From Thalia democratica (Eukaryota): DNA of 64,000 bases. Where the stretch lies: contig OZ241828.1 in the NCBI GenBank assembly GCA_965202585.1, positions 38,130,001 to 38,194,000 of the forward strand, in the 5' to 3' direction. Under the pieces are notes generated by a model. That model was given only the letters and a program-made list of their open reading frames with translations. It was not told the DNA's origin and made no database searches. Within the stretch, counting starts at the first letter, position 1, and each line of letters opens with the position of its first letter. The position numbers and the translations under genes are program-made. Positions 51,959 to 64,000 of the stretch are shown in pieces.

Positions 51959-54900
51959 TTAGCCCGTTTTTCCGTCCTTCCACCTGAGCTTGTGCGGAAG
52001 GCTCTTGTTCGCGCCGTTTTTGTCCACGGAGCTGTTGCTGGCGCTGCCCGGCGACTGCGGCAGCGGCTCCGAGTGGCACGACAGCGACCTCTTCTGGCCG
52101 CTCCCGTTCACCTTGCCGTTCTTCCCGCTTATGACGTAACTGCTGTCGTCGATGCTCATCGGAGCGCTCCTCCGCTGCTGCTGGAGGTGCTGGATGGCGC
52201 TGATCCGCTGCTGCTGGACGGTCAGCTGCTGCGGCGACTTCTGCTGCTGGACAATGTGAATCTGCTGCTGCTGGTGGTTGGCGACGACGGCGGCAATCTG
52301 CGCGGTGGTCATGCTGAGCTGCTGCTGGATGTTGGGGGAGGGCGGCGTGGAGGGAATCGAGTGTTCCATGGAGCAGGATGAGTGGGTGGATCCGCTCCTC
52401 TTGAGCAGGTTGGCGAGCGTGTTGGCCGCCTCCATCGCCTTCTCGTCGGTCGTGCATACTTCTCCTGAAAAAATTTTGACATACAAGAAAGACCGTTTAG
52501 TTTCTTAAAGTTTAGTTAACAAAAATATTCATACAACAACTTTTTGTGTAAAATGTTTTTAAACTTCAAACACAGTTTGTTACAACAAAAACGCACCTTG
52601 CTGCTTCTGAACTTGCTGCTGATGCTTCTGGAACCCGTTGGTGTCGATCTGCGTTGAGCAGATTGGAATCCTGAGCGGCACCACCACCTGCTGGTCGTTC
52701 TGCAGTCGCAAGTTGTTGGACGCGCCCTTGATGGCTGCCGGCAAGCAGGCCATGTCCTCCGTGCCTGGCTTCAGCGAAGTCAGCACGTATGCCCCGGATG
52801 CGAGGTTTTGTAGTAGCTCCTGGAACAACTAATTGTTAGCTCTAGCACTTTTTGTTATTCTTTTTTTTAATTGTTCAAATTTTTCGCAAATTACTTGTTT
52901 CCAAATTCTTTTTAAATAAGCAATTAACCTTACGCATAAAAGCTTACTCAAAGAAACCAGGGTAAAAAAAAGTGCATTTATTTAGTTTCAACCTTTAGGA
53001 CGAGACCAACCTGCGTGTAGTTGGACGAAGAATTGGACTGGGAGGATCCGGGCCCGTTGACGTTGCCGTTCTTGTTTCCGTTGGTGGCAATTTTGGAGGT
53101 GAAGGCGTGCAGGGTGTCCGAGGCCGTAGCCTCCAGACCGCCCAGGCCCAGGTTCTGGTGGTGGCTGAGGAGCTTGTGCTTGCCCGTGTCGTTCTCCTTG
53201 CTCAGCTGGGAGTTGATCGTTTCGAGCAGAGACTGTCGCAGACCGATTCTTTTCTCGTCGCTCTCTGTTGTGAGACAAAGAAAAAGTAACCGACCGTGGC
53301 ATGCTGAGTTCTTATGTTTACAGTTTAGTTTACTTGAGAACTAATGGAATTTTCAAGCTTAATATAAGTCATTTATAGTCATATTATGAAGTTAAACTTT
53401 TTTTCAGTTTTTTAAATTTTAAAATATGAATATTTTTTGAAACAAATACTATAAAACTACTCAATTAATAGTTTAACGATCACTGTGAAACTTAAAGCAA
53501 AGCTAAGTATTGTAAAAACTTATAACGAGTTAAGTTTGTTTCATTTTCAAACTATCAATTTGTTTTAATTTTCATTTACGTGAATAATTTTTTTCATTGT
53601 TTATCCTTAATTTTTTGTTTGAAGTTATTTTAGTAAAACTAGATATGCCTGCTAAAATATTTGATGACTTGAATTAACTAAAACAGCTGTATATAATTTT
53701 AAATAAACGCAGTAACATTTTTAAAAAGTAAAAGAAAAAGTATTAAAAATTTTCTTTCTAACATTAAAATTTTCAATACACCTAGTACACTTGTTGGTTG
53801 TTTTTTAAATCGAAACCTGCATAAGTTTAAACTTGTAAATGGTTTCGCACTACGAACTAAGGTCTGTTAAACAAAAATGAAACAGTTTTATTGGTCGTTG
53901 CAAAGGCTTGCTTCACTACAAGCACAATGGAATGCGGTTCGACGTAATGTTTGCAGTTTAAGCAGATAAAAGTTACCAGATTAGAAACCATTTGTAAATC
54001 ACAAGTTTTGATAAACTATTTTGCACAAAAGATTTGGTGGTCACTTTTAGAAAAAGGTTAGTTTTTACCTAAAATTGTTGCTTAATCTAGTATATCAGTC
54101 ATTAAAATTAAAAAGTTTTTAAATGCTTTTTTAATGCATTAGTCAAAAGTTTAATAAATAGTATAAATACTATGGTCCTACATAACAACTGCAATAAAGT
54201 AGATTTTCCAAAAACGCTTTACATAATCATACAACTAATTAAAAAAAAAATCAGTGCATTCCTAGAAAGACCTTTCGAGTAGCATAAACAGTTTTTGGTT
54301 GTTAAAAATGTTAAGTAAATATTTCAAATAAACAAACTTGCAAGCGCTTGTGATATGAGTTTGTTGGTGAGTGCAATTGAATTTCCCGTCTTTTTCAAGT
54401 TTCCTGATGAATCAATGATCGAATCAGTTGTTGAAGATGATGAAGACTGTTTACACAAAGAATAATTGCTAAGTAAAATACAACAACTAGTCTTACGTAA
54501 AATATTTTTTGTTTAGTATAACAATCGTTAAACTAATTAAATTTGAAAAAGGATAGCTATAATAGTTACAATTATTCAAAGCTTTTTAGTGTAGTGAACA
54601 AATAGTTTTTACTATTTTATATGTTACAAATACTTTATTTTAGCGCATAAGATATTAAATTTTGCTTCAAAACTAAAAAAAACAAATGATATATAGTTTA
54701 CATTTATTGTATTAAGCTTCTAATTACAATATTTTTTCAATTGCTTTTTCATTTTGTTTAAATAAATTTTTGTACTACATATTAAAAAAATGAAGTTTTG
54801 CATTTAACTATTTTTCTATATTTCAAAACATTCCCCGAATTGCTATAAAAAACAAACACTTGTCTTAGACACACAACTACGTCAGTTTAATACGTTTAAT

Positions 54901-57900
54901 ATTAGTCTTTCAACTTAGATGTAGTTTATAATTACCAAGTTGTTTTAATTAAATTTTAGCATCATTAAAAATTAATTTTCCATGAACCAACATAAAAAGA
55001 GAAACAGTAGTGTATAAAATAAAAGTTTCTCTAAGATCATAACCTCCATCGATACACTGATTTTGAACACCTTTAAATTCAATGGTTTCACAAAATTCGG
55101 ACTAGTTTATATGAATGCCCCAAAATTTGTTTAAAGCTATCAACTTTTTTAAAGGCATTTATTACAACAACATGATAAGAACGTTATAAAGAAGTCTGTA
55201 TTGTCGAAAAAGTGCAAGTGAAGTCTTTTTGTTTTACTTTAAAATATAATCCTGTTGCTTGGTTGCTCTTGTAGAAAGAAAAGTATGAATGATCTTGAAG
55301 ATCGAAATCTAATAGAAAAAATAATGTGTTGCTCATGGTAGGTTAACTGTGATTTTTAAGGTTAGTATTGACAACAATTGGTTTTAAAAGAGTGATTACT
55401 GTATTTAGTTATTAAAGTTCACCTTGTTTGTTGTTGAACTTTCGTAAAGCTTAAAAGAGTTGATATAAGTTAATAGAGTGTTACTCAATGACTATGAGGT
55501 CTAGCTGTGAGTGTTCTCATCAATTTTTATTAAAAAAAAACTCTAGGTATTTAAAATCAATGTTAGAACTTAAATTATGTTCTAATATACAGATATACTT
55601 AATTGTTCAAGGCTTACACAAAACGGATCACAAAATAACACAAGAATTCCAATTCAGTAGATCAACTCTCATTAAAGCTATTAATCTTCACATAGTTTAA
55701 GTTAAAAAAAGTTATTTCGTTTTTAATTATCAACTACTTTGAGGCTTATTTTATCTTTAAGCTCTTTGAAAGAATGTTCCTTAAATTCTGTTTTAAAGAT
55801 GACAGAACAATCTTTAAGTTACTTCATACAGCTTAGATTTTATTATTAATTTTTGGATAAGGGTCTGCCTGAATTTAGTTGTGTGAAACCGGTTTTTGTT
55901 TTATACCCTAATTTAAAGGTATAATAATATGCACACTTATTTTTTTACTTAAATAAAACACTATACTATAATGCAAATCTCTATTGCAGCTAAATATACT
56001 TTTTATTTTTTTCTACTTAACTAGTTTAAAACTATGTAGGTTAGAAAAAAAAAATACATTGAAATAGCTTTTTTTTGTTGTTTATAAAAAAAAACTAGTT
56101 TGTAAAGCTGAACTTTATAGGACAAAATTCAAAATGTATTGTAATTTTTAGTATAAACTTAGTTTGAAAAGTATAAGATTGATCGGTAAAAAAAACCCAT
56201 ATAAATAACACTTTCAATGTCAAGTACCTATTTATCAACCTGGTTTTTTATGCAGGCAAGCAAAAATTTTGCTAAATATTATACCTTCTGCCATGGTACT
56301 TCAATATACAATCAAGTAAGTTAGCAAAGCACTCTTACAACTTTGCAACCGAAGCAAGCACGTCACGCAAAAAGAACAGAACACAGAGTGAAGATGAGAC
56401 GTGAGTTTTGCATTTTGTCATTTCCACCAATAAGCAGAATGAACTAATATTTAATAATTTAAGATTATAGTAAACATCCTGTATTCAACGTGAATTATAC
56501 GTTGAATACAGGATGTTTATAATAATAATAATTACACAGAAAAAGAGATATACCTAAAAAAATAATGAAGTTTTTACTAAAAACCTGTTTGTTTGTTTTT
56601 TTAGGTTTTCACTTAAAAAACCAAAGAGTAATGAAAACTACTACTCAGAATTTGAAAACAATGGGAATGATGATAATTGCAGTTATCAGTTTGGAGACAC
56701 AATTCTAGATTTTGTTTATAAGATGAGGCTAAATAACACTTATATAAAACTGCAATTAAAATGCTAAGTAGCAGCTTATGAATTTCATTTCTATTAAATA
56801 TAAAAAACAAGTGTTTAGTAGGAATTTGTCGCAAGAAAAAAATTAAAAAATGTTTTAAAAAAGTTAATTACTTTAAGCTAGCTATAGAGTACAGTTTTTT
56901 TAACAACAATTTTACTTACTTAAAGTCATGCAACAGTACTTTTTGTGTAAAAAAACCTAAAAACGTTTAATTTATCAAATAAAAATTTACTTTATTAAAG
57001 AATACTTAAATTAAACTGGGTTTTGCGTAATTTAGATCTACAGCAAATACACAAGATTCAAGTTTTAAACGGCAGACAGCAAATATTAAAAGCAGTGATG
57101 CGCAGCGACTTGAACTCATTTCAACTGTTAACTTCACTTCAGTCTAGCCAATTGAAAAGCAAACAGAAAGGCACAAGCTTTTCAAATACACACTTCTTGC
57201 AGAAAACCCGCGCCTTAGCGCAATTTTTAACTAGTGGTATAACTTATACAAATTTATCAAAATTTTGCAACGCCACTTGTTTGTTTTCTATGCTTTTTCA
57301 CAAATTTAATTTAAATTGATAACCGTATTTTCACGTTTTTAACAGCTTGCTAAAACTTTTGTTTTTGAATACTAATTTATACATTGATATTTACGTACAT
57401 TGTTTGATATTTATGTACATTGACAGAGTTAATATGAAACTACGCTTTCGATATATATTTAGAACTTAAAAGTAAAATAATATTCCAAAACAAAATCATG
57501 AATAAATAATCTTGTATATTTGTCTTCTTATTTTTAAATAAGTTGAGAACTTTTTTAGTTCAATTTAGAACCTCAAATATAAATTTTGTCAAAACTCTCA
57601 AAATTTTTCAAGTTTTGAGAGTTGAACTGTAAAAATTTTTCAAGTTTTTATTTAAAATATTTTTAAATGTTTGTGCAAACTTAGTGTGTCTTATATTTTT
57701 TAATGATTTTTTTAGTGACCTAACGATCCTTAATTTTTTTTGCTTAATTTCACGTACATTTTGATTTATGTTTTGATATACTATTATAACAAACAAACTG
57801 ATGAGCTGTTCTGTCTAACAGAGCAGTGATACAATTGTATTTGTAAAAACGTAGTTTGTCTTAATACATACATATTTCTTTATAGAAAGTTCATATATAA

Positions 57901-60900
57901 TTAGTACATGATTTTTTTACAAATAAGTAGCTTATTCTAAGCTTTTTCAATTTTAACATCATAAAAAACTGTATTCTAATAACAAGAAACAAATCAGTAA
58001 CTTTAATTGTTAGTTAAAAAACAAGATTTTTTATTTCTTTTTATTAATTTTACAAATCAACTTTTACATTTTAGTCTACTAAAGGAACTTTTTTTTCAAA
58101 AAAATAGTTTTTGTTAATTATAAAATAGTGGGTGTAATTACAACTTCTAGATATTTGTTTTAAGTGAAATTAGTCATTTTAAACAAGCAGTAATACCAAT
58201 GAGTTGTTAAAGACGCTATTAGTTAGTTATACAACTTTTCTATCATTTCAAATATTTTATGACAGAGCAGTCTTCTATGCACATGTGCCATAAACTTTAT
58301 AGGAAATTAAAAACATTTTAAAAATAGGCATGAATTATGTGAGGTTCTAAAACAATTTATACTATTTCGTTGGTACTAAAAAATTCAAAAACTATTTATA
58401 ATGCATAACATAAAGAATAAACAACACAAAAAGAAAGTATTTTGATAGTTCAAAGAATCAACACATTTCAACTGGGTTTATGTTGGTACAATAAAGGAAG
58501 ATTACTGTATAATTTGTTTTTATTTATATTCCAGTGAACTTGTTTCACTAGGATCTTTTGTTAGCAAACGATTAAATATATACTTTGAACAGTTAGATAA
58601 TTCAAAAAACTATTTATGGTTAAGTGAGCATATATTTTCTAATAGTATACTATTTTCACAACTAACAGCTAATTCAAGAACAACTGTGCTGCTAGATTAT
58701 TGTGTTAAATTGAAATATTAATAAAAATGTTTTAAATAAAACTAGTCAATTACCTGATCTCCATTTTCGCTTGTTGGTGGTATCAATCCGTACTTTACCT
58801 AAAATAAAGTAAAGTTAAGTTGCAGCTTGTTTAAAATAAATTGATTTATTTTTAATCATTTAAGTACTTAACTGTATTTTACAATATGAATATACTTGAC
58901 TTATTTGTCAATTGTTTAGATGTATCAATAGTATATAGTTATTAATAATAGTACATAGTTTGTATCAACTAAAAATAATGCTCAATTTGTTGTAAAATAA
59001 ATAGCATAATTGATAAACAATAAAAGTGGGAATTAACTATTCTGTTTGTTACCTGGTTTCGGTGGGAAAAAATTCCGACCTTGATAGATGTATCAATAGT
59101 AGTTTAATCTTTAAGATGTATCAATAGTAAAATTATTAATACTTTTAAATGAACAAAAAAATAAAATTTTGTCCAAGAACCTGGTTGTAGTAAAAAAAGC
59201 CTTTCAATTATTGAGTCGTAAACCACTTGAATGCAGTTTACCGCTTACTAAATTAATTTAAAGTTTAGTTTTTGAAAACTATTTGTAGCATCTAATCAGC
59301 AGTTACTCAAAATATTTTTGAGAACGATGGACAAACTTAAAAAGAAAACTTATAGGTTTCAAAAGTCAACCACTTGTAATGAATAATTATTGGTTATTTT
59401 TTGTAAAAGTACGACGCCTAAAACTAGTTAAATACATATATAAGTTAATTTTAATAGCATCACATTCTTTTTCATAATAAAAAAGAAAATCATTGTTTAT
59501 AAGAAAATATTTTCTTGACAATTTAATTTAAGCTAGGCAATAAACATTGACCTTTAGTACGTTTAAGTTATAACATCGGTTATTGTAAATAAAAAAAAAA
59601 TCAATTTTTTCTTAAGAAAACTTAAACAATACTTAGTTTCAAAAAATGAGTTTATAATTTTTGGCTAAACAAATATAAAGCGCGAAAAATAAGGTAAAAA
59701 GTATAAACTTTCATAAAGCACCTGAGTTGAAGAAATTTAAACAAAAAGTTTAGCAGAACTACGGTGAAAGTACTTTTATTTTATTTGCCAACTTTGTAAT
59801 AGACTACATACTACGTGGTTGTACGGAAAAACAACCGAGAAAAAAGTCAGCAGAGTGCGTTACGCAACGGGCGAGTAGCAGCAACTGGTTCTTACTGAAC
59901 GAGTCTGGTTTTCATCGCCGCCGCCATGTCAGATGGTTCAGAGCTTTACGCAATTTCAAAAAGTTAAAAGACATAAGTAACTACAAAAAACAAAAAACTT
60001 TTAAGCTTAAAGAAGAACTTTTCAAACTCTACAGATTGTTGTAATAAAATCAACTTGAAACAATAGTATACTTGGTCAGATATTTTGATTTTTTTTAAAC
60101 ATGTTTGGAATAATATTCGAAATAAAAAAAGACTACAAATTTAAAAAAAGTCTTTTTGGTCTTATTGTATTTATTTGTAAAAACATTATTTACCTTAAGA
60201 GCATACAACTCTTGTCTTAGTTGTTGATTTTCATGAAGTAAGATCAAAACTTTTTCTTCCAAAACTGAGTCAATTGTTCTTCGTTTTTGTCGAGATCTGT
60301 ATAGAAAATAGTTAGGTAAAGCATAAAAAAAAAGTTTAAGTTTAATTTTTATTTAAAAATTTTTTCCCGAATTTATTTATCTTATGTAACGCAAACTTTA
60401 CAGCAAAATATGTAAAGCAATTTTTTTTTTTTTTTTGGCCATTACAAAACGTGTTAACATATCGATTGATTCGGTATACGAGGCTTGAAAACAGTAAATA
60501 TACTCAACGTGGTTACAATTCATGCAAGACTAATAAAAAAATAAGTGCCTGTGTTGGTTGAAATACTGTTTATTCGCGTGTGTATGAATTATTCAAAACG
60601 CAGTAGTCGGGCACTCAATCAAAATACTATCTGCAAATGAATAAAATCGAGAGAAGATGGGCGAAGAGAAAAAGCAACTTTCAAAACGGTTACATAACAG
60701 ACGGAGATAACAGGCCAACCTCAGTTGTAGTTTAACACGAATGCCATAACAATAAGTTCTATAACGATATTTAGTGTTACGCTCATACAACACTTCTCCA
60801 AGCGAATTATTTCATTCGAACAAATTAAAACAACAGTTAGTTTAAGTTTTGCTTTAAACTAAGTAGTTTAATTTGGTTATATAAGATCTTAAAAAGTATA

Positions 60901-62735
60901 ACTTATAAAGTGTTTTCCATAAACTAAAAAACAATAATTACATAATTACTTTTCCAAGAAATTAAGTTTATAAAAAGATAGAATCCCACATGCCAATAAA
61001 TAAATTACAAATTAGTAATTAAAGATTTTTAAAGCTTAACTGTACAAAATTGAAACTTTTCCTTAATTTTAATCAAATACTTACTAAAAAAACATAAAAA
61101 TCTTATTATTTAAAAAAACTAAAGTCTTTAAAATGTAACAAAACGAAAGTTCAAGAGTTTTTTGTCACAAAAGAATTGTTATTAGATCATTAACTTATGA
61201 TGTTTTCATTTTTCAAGTCTTAGTTATTGAAAATTCTTAGCATTTTACTTGGATTAGGCCTACTTCTCTATAATTTTGAAAAACTATACTTTTATTCTAA
61301 GATGGTATACTGAACTGTATGTAAATTTAATCTTAAAACTTCAAGGTTTCCATTGTACAAATGATTTTAATCAAGCCACAGTGTTTGTCGATGAATTTTA
61401 AGTGACCTCAGAATTAGGTTCGTGTGACCTTTATTTTTTATTTTTGGCTGTTCTACGTATACAATTTTGCCTTAGTGTATTTTTATTATGTATAAACAAA
61501 ACACACTATAAAGAATTTTGAAAACATTATAAAATCAAATAAAAAAAAGATTATGTTATCTCTAAAGTTAAATGTGTTTTTTGTTTATTTCAATACTTAT
61601 TTAAAACTACATTTTTTGTTTAAAAACTTGCATATATGTGATAAAAAACTAAAAAAACCAATTATGCTTAATTATTTCAATGATACTGATCCCAATGAGC
61701 AAAGGAAAAATTTTTAAACATTTTAATTGAAAACGGTAGATTTATATGTAGTTAAAACCAGTTGTTTCAAAAAGTTGTACAGACGTTCAAAAAGTTCATG
61801 TGAACTAAATTGAAATCATTTCAAAACAATCTAAATAATTTAAAGAACGAAACGAACTTCCTTGCCGCTTCGTTGTTCTTCAATCTCTTGTGCCAATAGT
61901 ACTCATCTTTGCACTCGTTCGGTACAAAATGTCTGCTCTTACGCATAGTCGTCGGGCAACGTGGGTAGGGCTGCTGTTGGAGAAGTAAATTATGAAGAAG
62001 TGAATTGTAACAACGAGTTGGACAACTACACAACGTTGATGATATTAAGCAGTTATGTTTTTTTTTTTGTTTTCTAAAATAAGTTCACTCTTCTTAAGTA
62101 AACTTATCTGTGTTAGATTATTTTTCATGAGCAGTTTAAGACTAAGATTTTTTGAGATAAGTTTTCTACAGAAAAAGCATTAAAACTTTCTTTTTATATA
62201 ACAAACGTTAGAGTTGTATAAAAGTGTAGAATAAGAGAATTATATTTACTCCGATCTTCTACTTAGTTTTAATTTAAAAAATAGCAATTTTAGAGATATG
62301 CAAAAGCTTACAGATATTAAAAATACTTCATACTTATTTTGAAAATTAAAACTTCACGATTTTATATGTTTTTTATTTAATCTAAATTTTTTTTTCAAGT
62401 TAAAAAATCACTCATTTATAAAACAAATATCACTGAAAAACTGTAAGAAGTCAGGTACTTGTTGAAAAAAAGGCCTTAGCATATCAAGGAAACTTCTCGC
62501 AAACGTCAGATGCATTTCAAAAATAGAATCCTGTAAAAACAAACAACAAATATTAACTCACGAGGTTGCTCGACAGGATGTTTCCGATGTTGTAGTTGGC
62601 CGACCCGTTGAACCCGCTCTTGAGCACGTTGGTAGGGTTGGGAAAGTTGAACGATGGCTGCTGCTGCAAGTTGTGGTGCTGCGGTTGAAACTGGGTACCA
62701 TTTGACGCTAGCCCTCCGTTGAAGCTGGGGTTCAT
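51959..62735 (-). CDS. NFIL3: NFIL3/E4BP4/vrille-like bZIP transcriptional repressor, 512 aa
   Basis: Exons (minus) 62735-62562, 61973-61858, 60296-60194, 58798-58754, 54446-54338, 53264-53011, 52828-52597 and 52464-51959, total 1539 nt in phase. bZIP: RKSRHFVPNECKDEYYWHKRLKNNEAARKSRQKRRTIDSVLEEKVLILLHENQQLRQELYALKVKYGL. The C-terminal SLPHKLRWK matches the E4BP4/vrille LPHKLR repression motif. Confidence 0.93.
56471..56519. repeat. Perfect 21-bp inverted repeat with a 7-nt spacer
   Basis: taaacatcctgtattcaacgt-gaattat-acgttgaatacaggatgttta. Confidence 0.9.
59166..59227. repeat. Short interspersed repeat family copy (diverged)
   Basis: gaacctggttgtagtaaaaaaagcctttcaattattgagtcgtaaaccac. Confidence 0.55.
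59859..60946. promoter_or_regulatory. Intronic D-box/CEBP-like site cluster within NFIL3
   Basis: GTTACGCAAC 59859, TTACGCAA 59946, TTATGTAA 60382, GTTACATAAC 60689, ATTACATAAT 60937. Some sites sit in GC-richer non-coding islands. Confidence 0.45.
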
Positions 62736-63588
62736 TGCTCGGAACCCTGCGCGACTCTGTGAAGTTTCTCTTTCTCTGCAGTGGCGTTCGCTGCTGCTGC
62801 TGACTGGTGGGGAACAAAATTATTTTTTGTGAGGCTCGTGGTAGTTTTAGCCGCACATTGCTTATACACTGATTAACTGAGCAGCCTGTTACCGCGGTAG
62901 CTGCCAGTTTTAACTGTTACTTTAAAATACCTGACTGTATACGGCTTATTTAGTTGAATAGCGATAACAGTGTAGACACTTATTAAGAAACTAGACTCAA
63001 AAAATGATAAATTAAAAGTTTTTAGTTTACTGGTGTATAAATTATAGATAGAGGTTATTAAATGTATAATAAAAGCTTCTTTTTTTTCTATTAATGTGTG
63101 TTTGTTGAAATATTTAATGTAAACTATAAATTAAAGATGATACTTATTTTAATTTTTTTTTCAAGTACCACAAAATTGTTTGAAACTTGTCTTATATAAG
63201 ACGAGTAGGTAGTAACTTGTGTTTTGTTTTTCTTTTACGTAACAGCTGATTATTGATTTTCAAAGTATAAAGTTGGTTTATTCTTCAAAATATAGTTAAA
63301 CATTAGAGATTAAACATGACTGTGATAAACATCACTTAAAACAAAACAGTTTTAACTGTAAAAGGTTGGCTAACTGCAAAATATTAAAAGGTTTCGCGTT
63401 AAGTTTCCTTAGGAGTAATACTGTAGTCATATTCTATTTTAGAAACTGTGTAACTACAATTTGGAAACTAAAATAATCTACTACAACTTCTAATATAAAA
63501 AAAAACAGAAAAATACATTTTCCTACAAAGCACAGTTCAAAGTGCCTTTTAAAACACACGTACAAAATAATTAGTGCTTTTTACCAAC

Positions 63589-63624
63589 CTGATTGCTAAG
63601 AACGCTGTCTTTTTGTCCTGTCTC
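63589..63624 (-). other. Probable 36-nt 5'-UTR exon of NFIL3
   Basis: Acceptor catttattgcag and donor CAG|GTTGGT flank a locally GC-richer 36-mer; the next acceptor is at 62803. Confidence 0.5.
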
Positions 63625-64000
63625 CTGCAATAAATGATGAGAACAAAACTTTAAATTGTACTTGGGTTTTACTAATATGCAACTTAGTACAATCATTGAC
63701 ACTAAACTGGTTTACCTATCTCTGTGTTTTAAAAAACTAGAGTTTAAGCTCATTTTTTACTCAACCTTTTACTTAAACGACAATTACTAATAACTTTAAT
63801 TCAAAAAAAAGTTACTTAACAACTTTAACAACAATTACTAAAACCTTTAACTTAACAATCTTAACTAAAATCCTTAACAACCTTATTTTTACATTCTTAA
63901 TCTAAGTTCTGAATCATGTTATGTATTTTATTTTTATTTTTGTTAGTTACAATGTACCATAATGATTGCACACAATTTAAGAAGTGTTTTAAAAGTAATT

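Noticed and set aside
59916-59967. gccgccgccATG Kozak-like start on the + strand (MSDGSELYAISKS*)
   Set aside because: The ORF is only 13 codons and no phase-compatible downstream exon gave a credible protein; treated as part of the regulatory island.
2215-63000. Antisense or alternative-frame ORFs in the track (e.g. 2215-2535, 4556-4807, 6627-6881, 7119-7367, 13390-13632, 16717-16950, 51888-52457, 51932-52381, 53021-53344)
   Set aside because: These are shadows of real GC-rich exons on the opposite strand or in other frames, with no independent splice chain.

Overview
Very AT-rich animal genomic DNA. It is probably an invertebrate chordate such as a tunicate; this is inferred only from splice-donor style and gene content. 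I assembled three intron-rich genes by hand, all with GT-AG introns in consistent phase. (1) A 9-exon + strand orphan gene (1679-7694, ~541 aa) with a candidate GIY-YIG-like C-terminus and a terminal NLS. (2) A 9-exon - strand core-2/I-branching beta-1,6-GlcNAc transferase of the GCNT family (13398-23258, 465 aa). (3) An 8-coding-exon - strand NFIL3/E4BP4/vrille bZIP repressor (51959-62735, 512 aa). About 24 kb between GCNT and NFIL3 holds no gene I can support, only hAT-type MITEs, a foldback element with a 9-bp direct repeat and short repeats. The most notable observations are: an extreme exon-by-exon GC3 mosaic within single genes (about 21-24% versus 88-98%); dense clusters of NFIL3/PAR D-box sites downstream of and inside NFIL3, suggesting autoregulation; a pre-miRNA-like hairpin; a symmetric exon-like block with one in-frame TAA; and a long open frame after the NFIL3 stop. 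No prokaryotic systems, CRISPR arrays, rRNA or tRNA genes were seen. All counts were made by eye, with no database searches.
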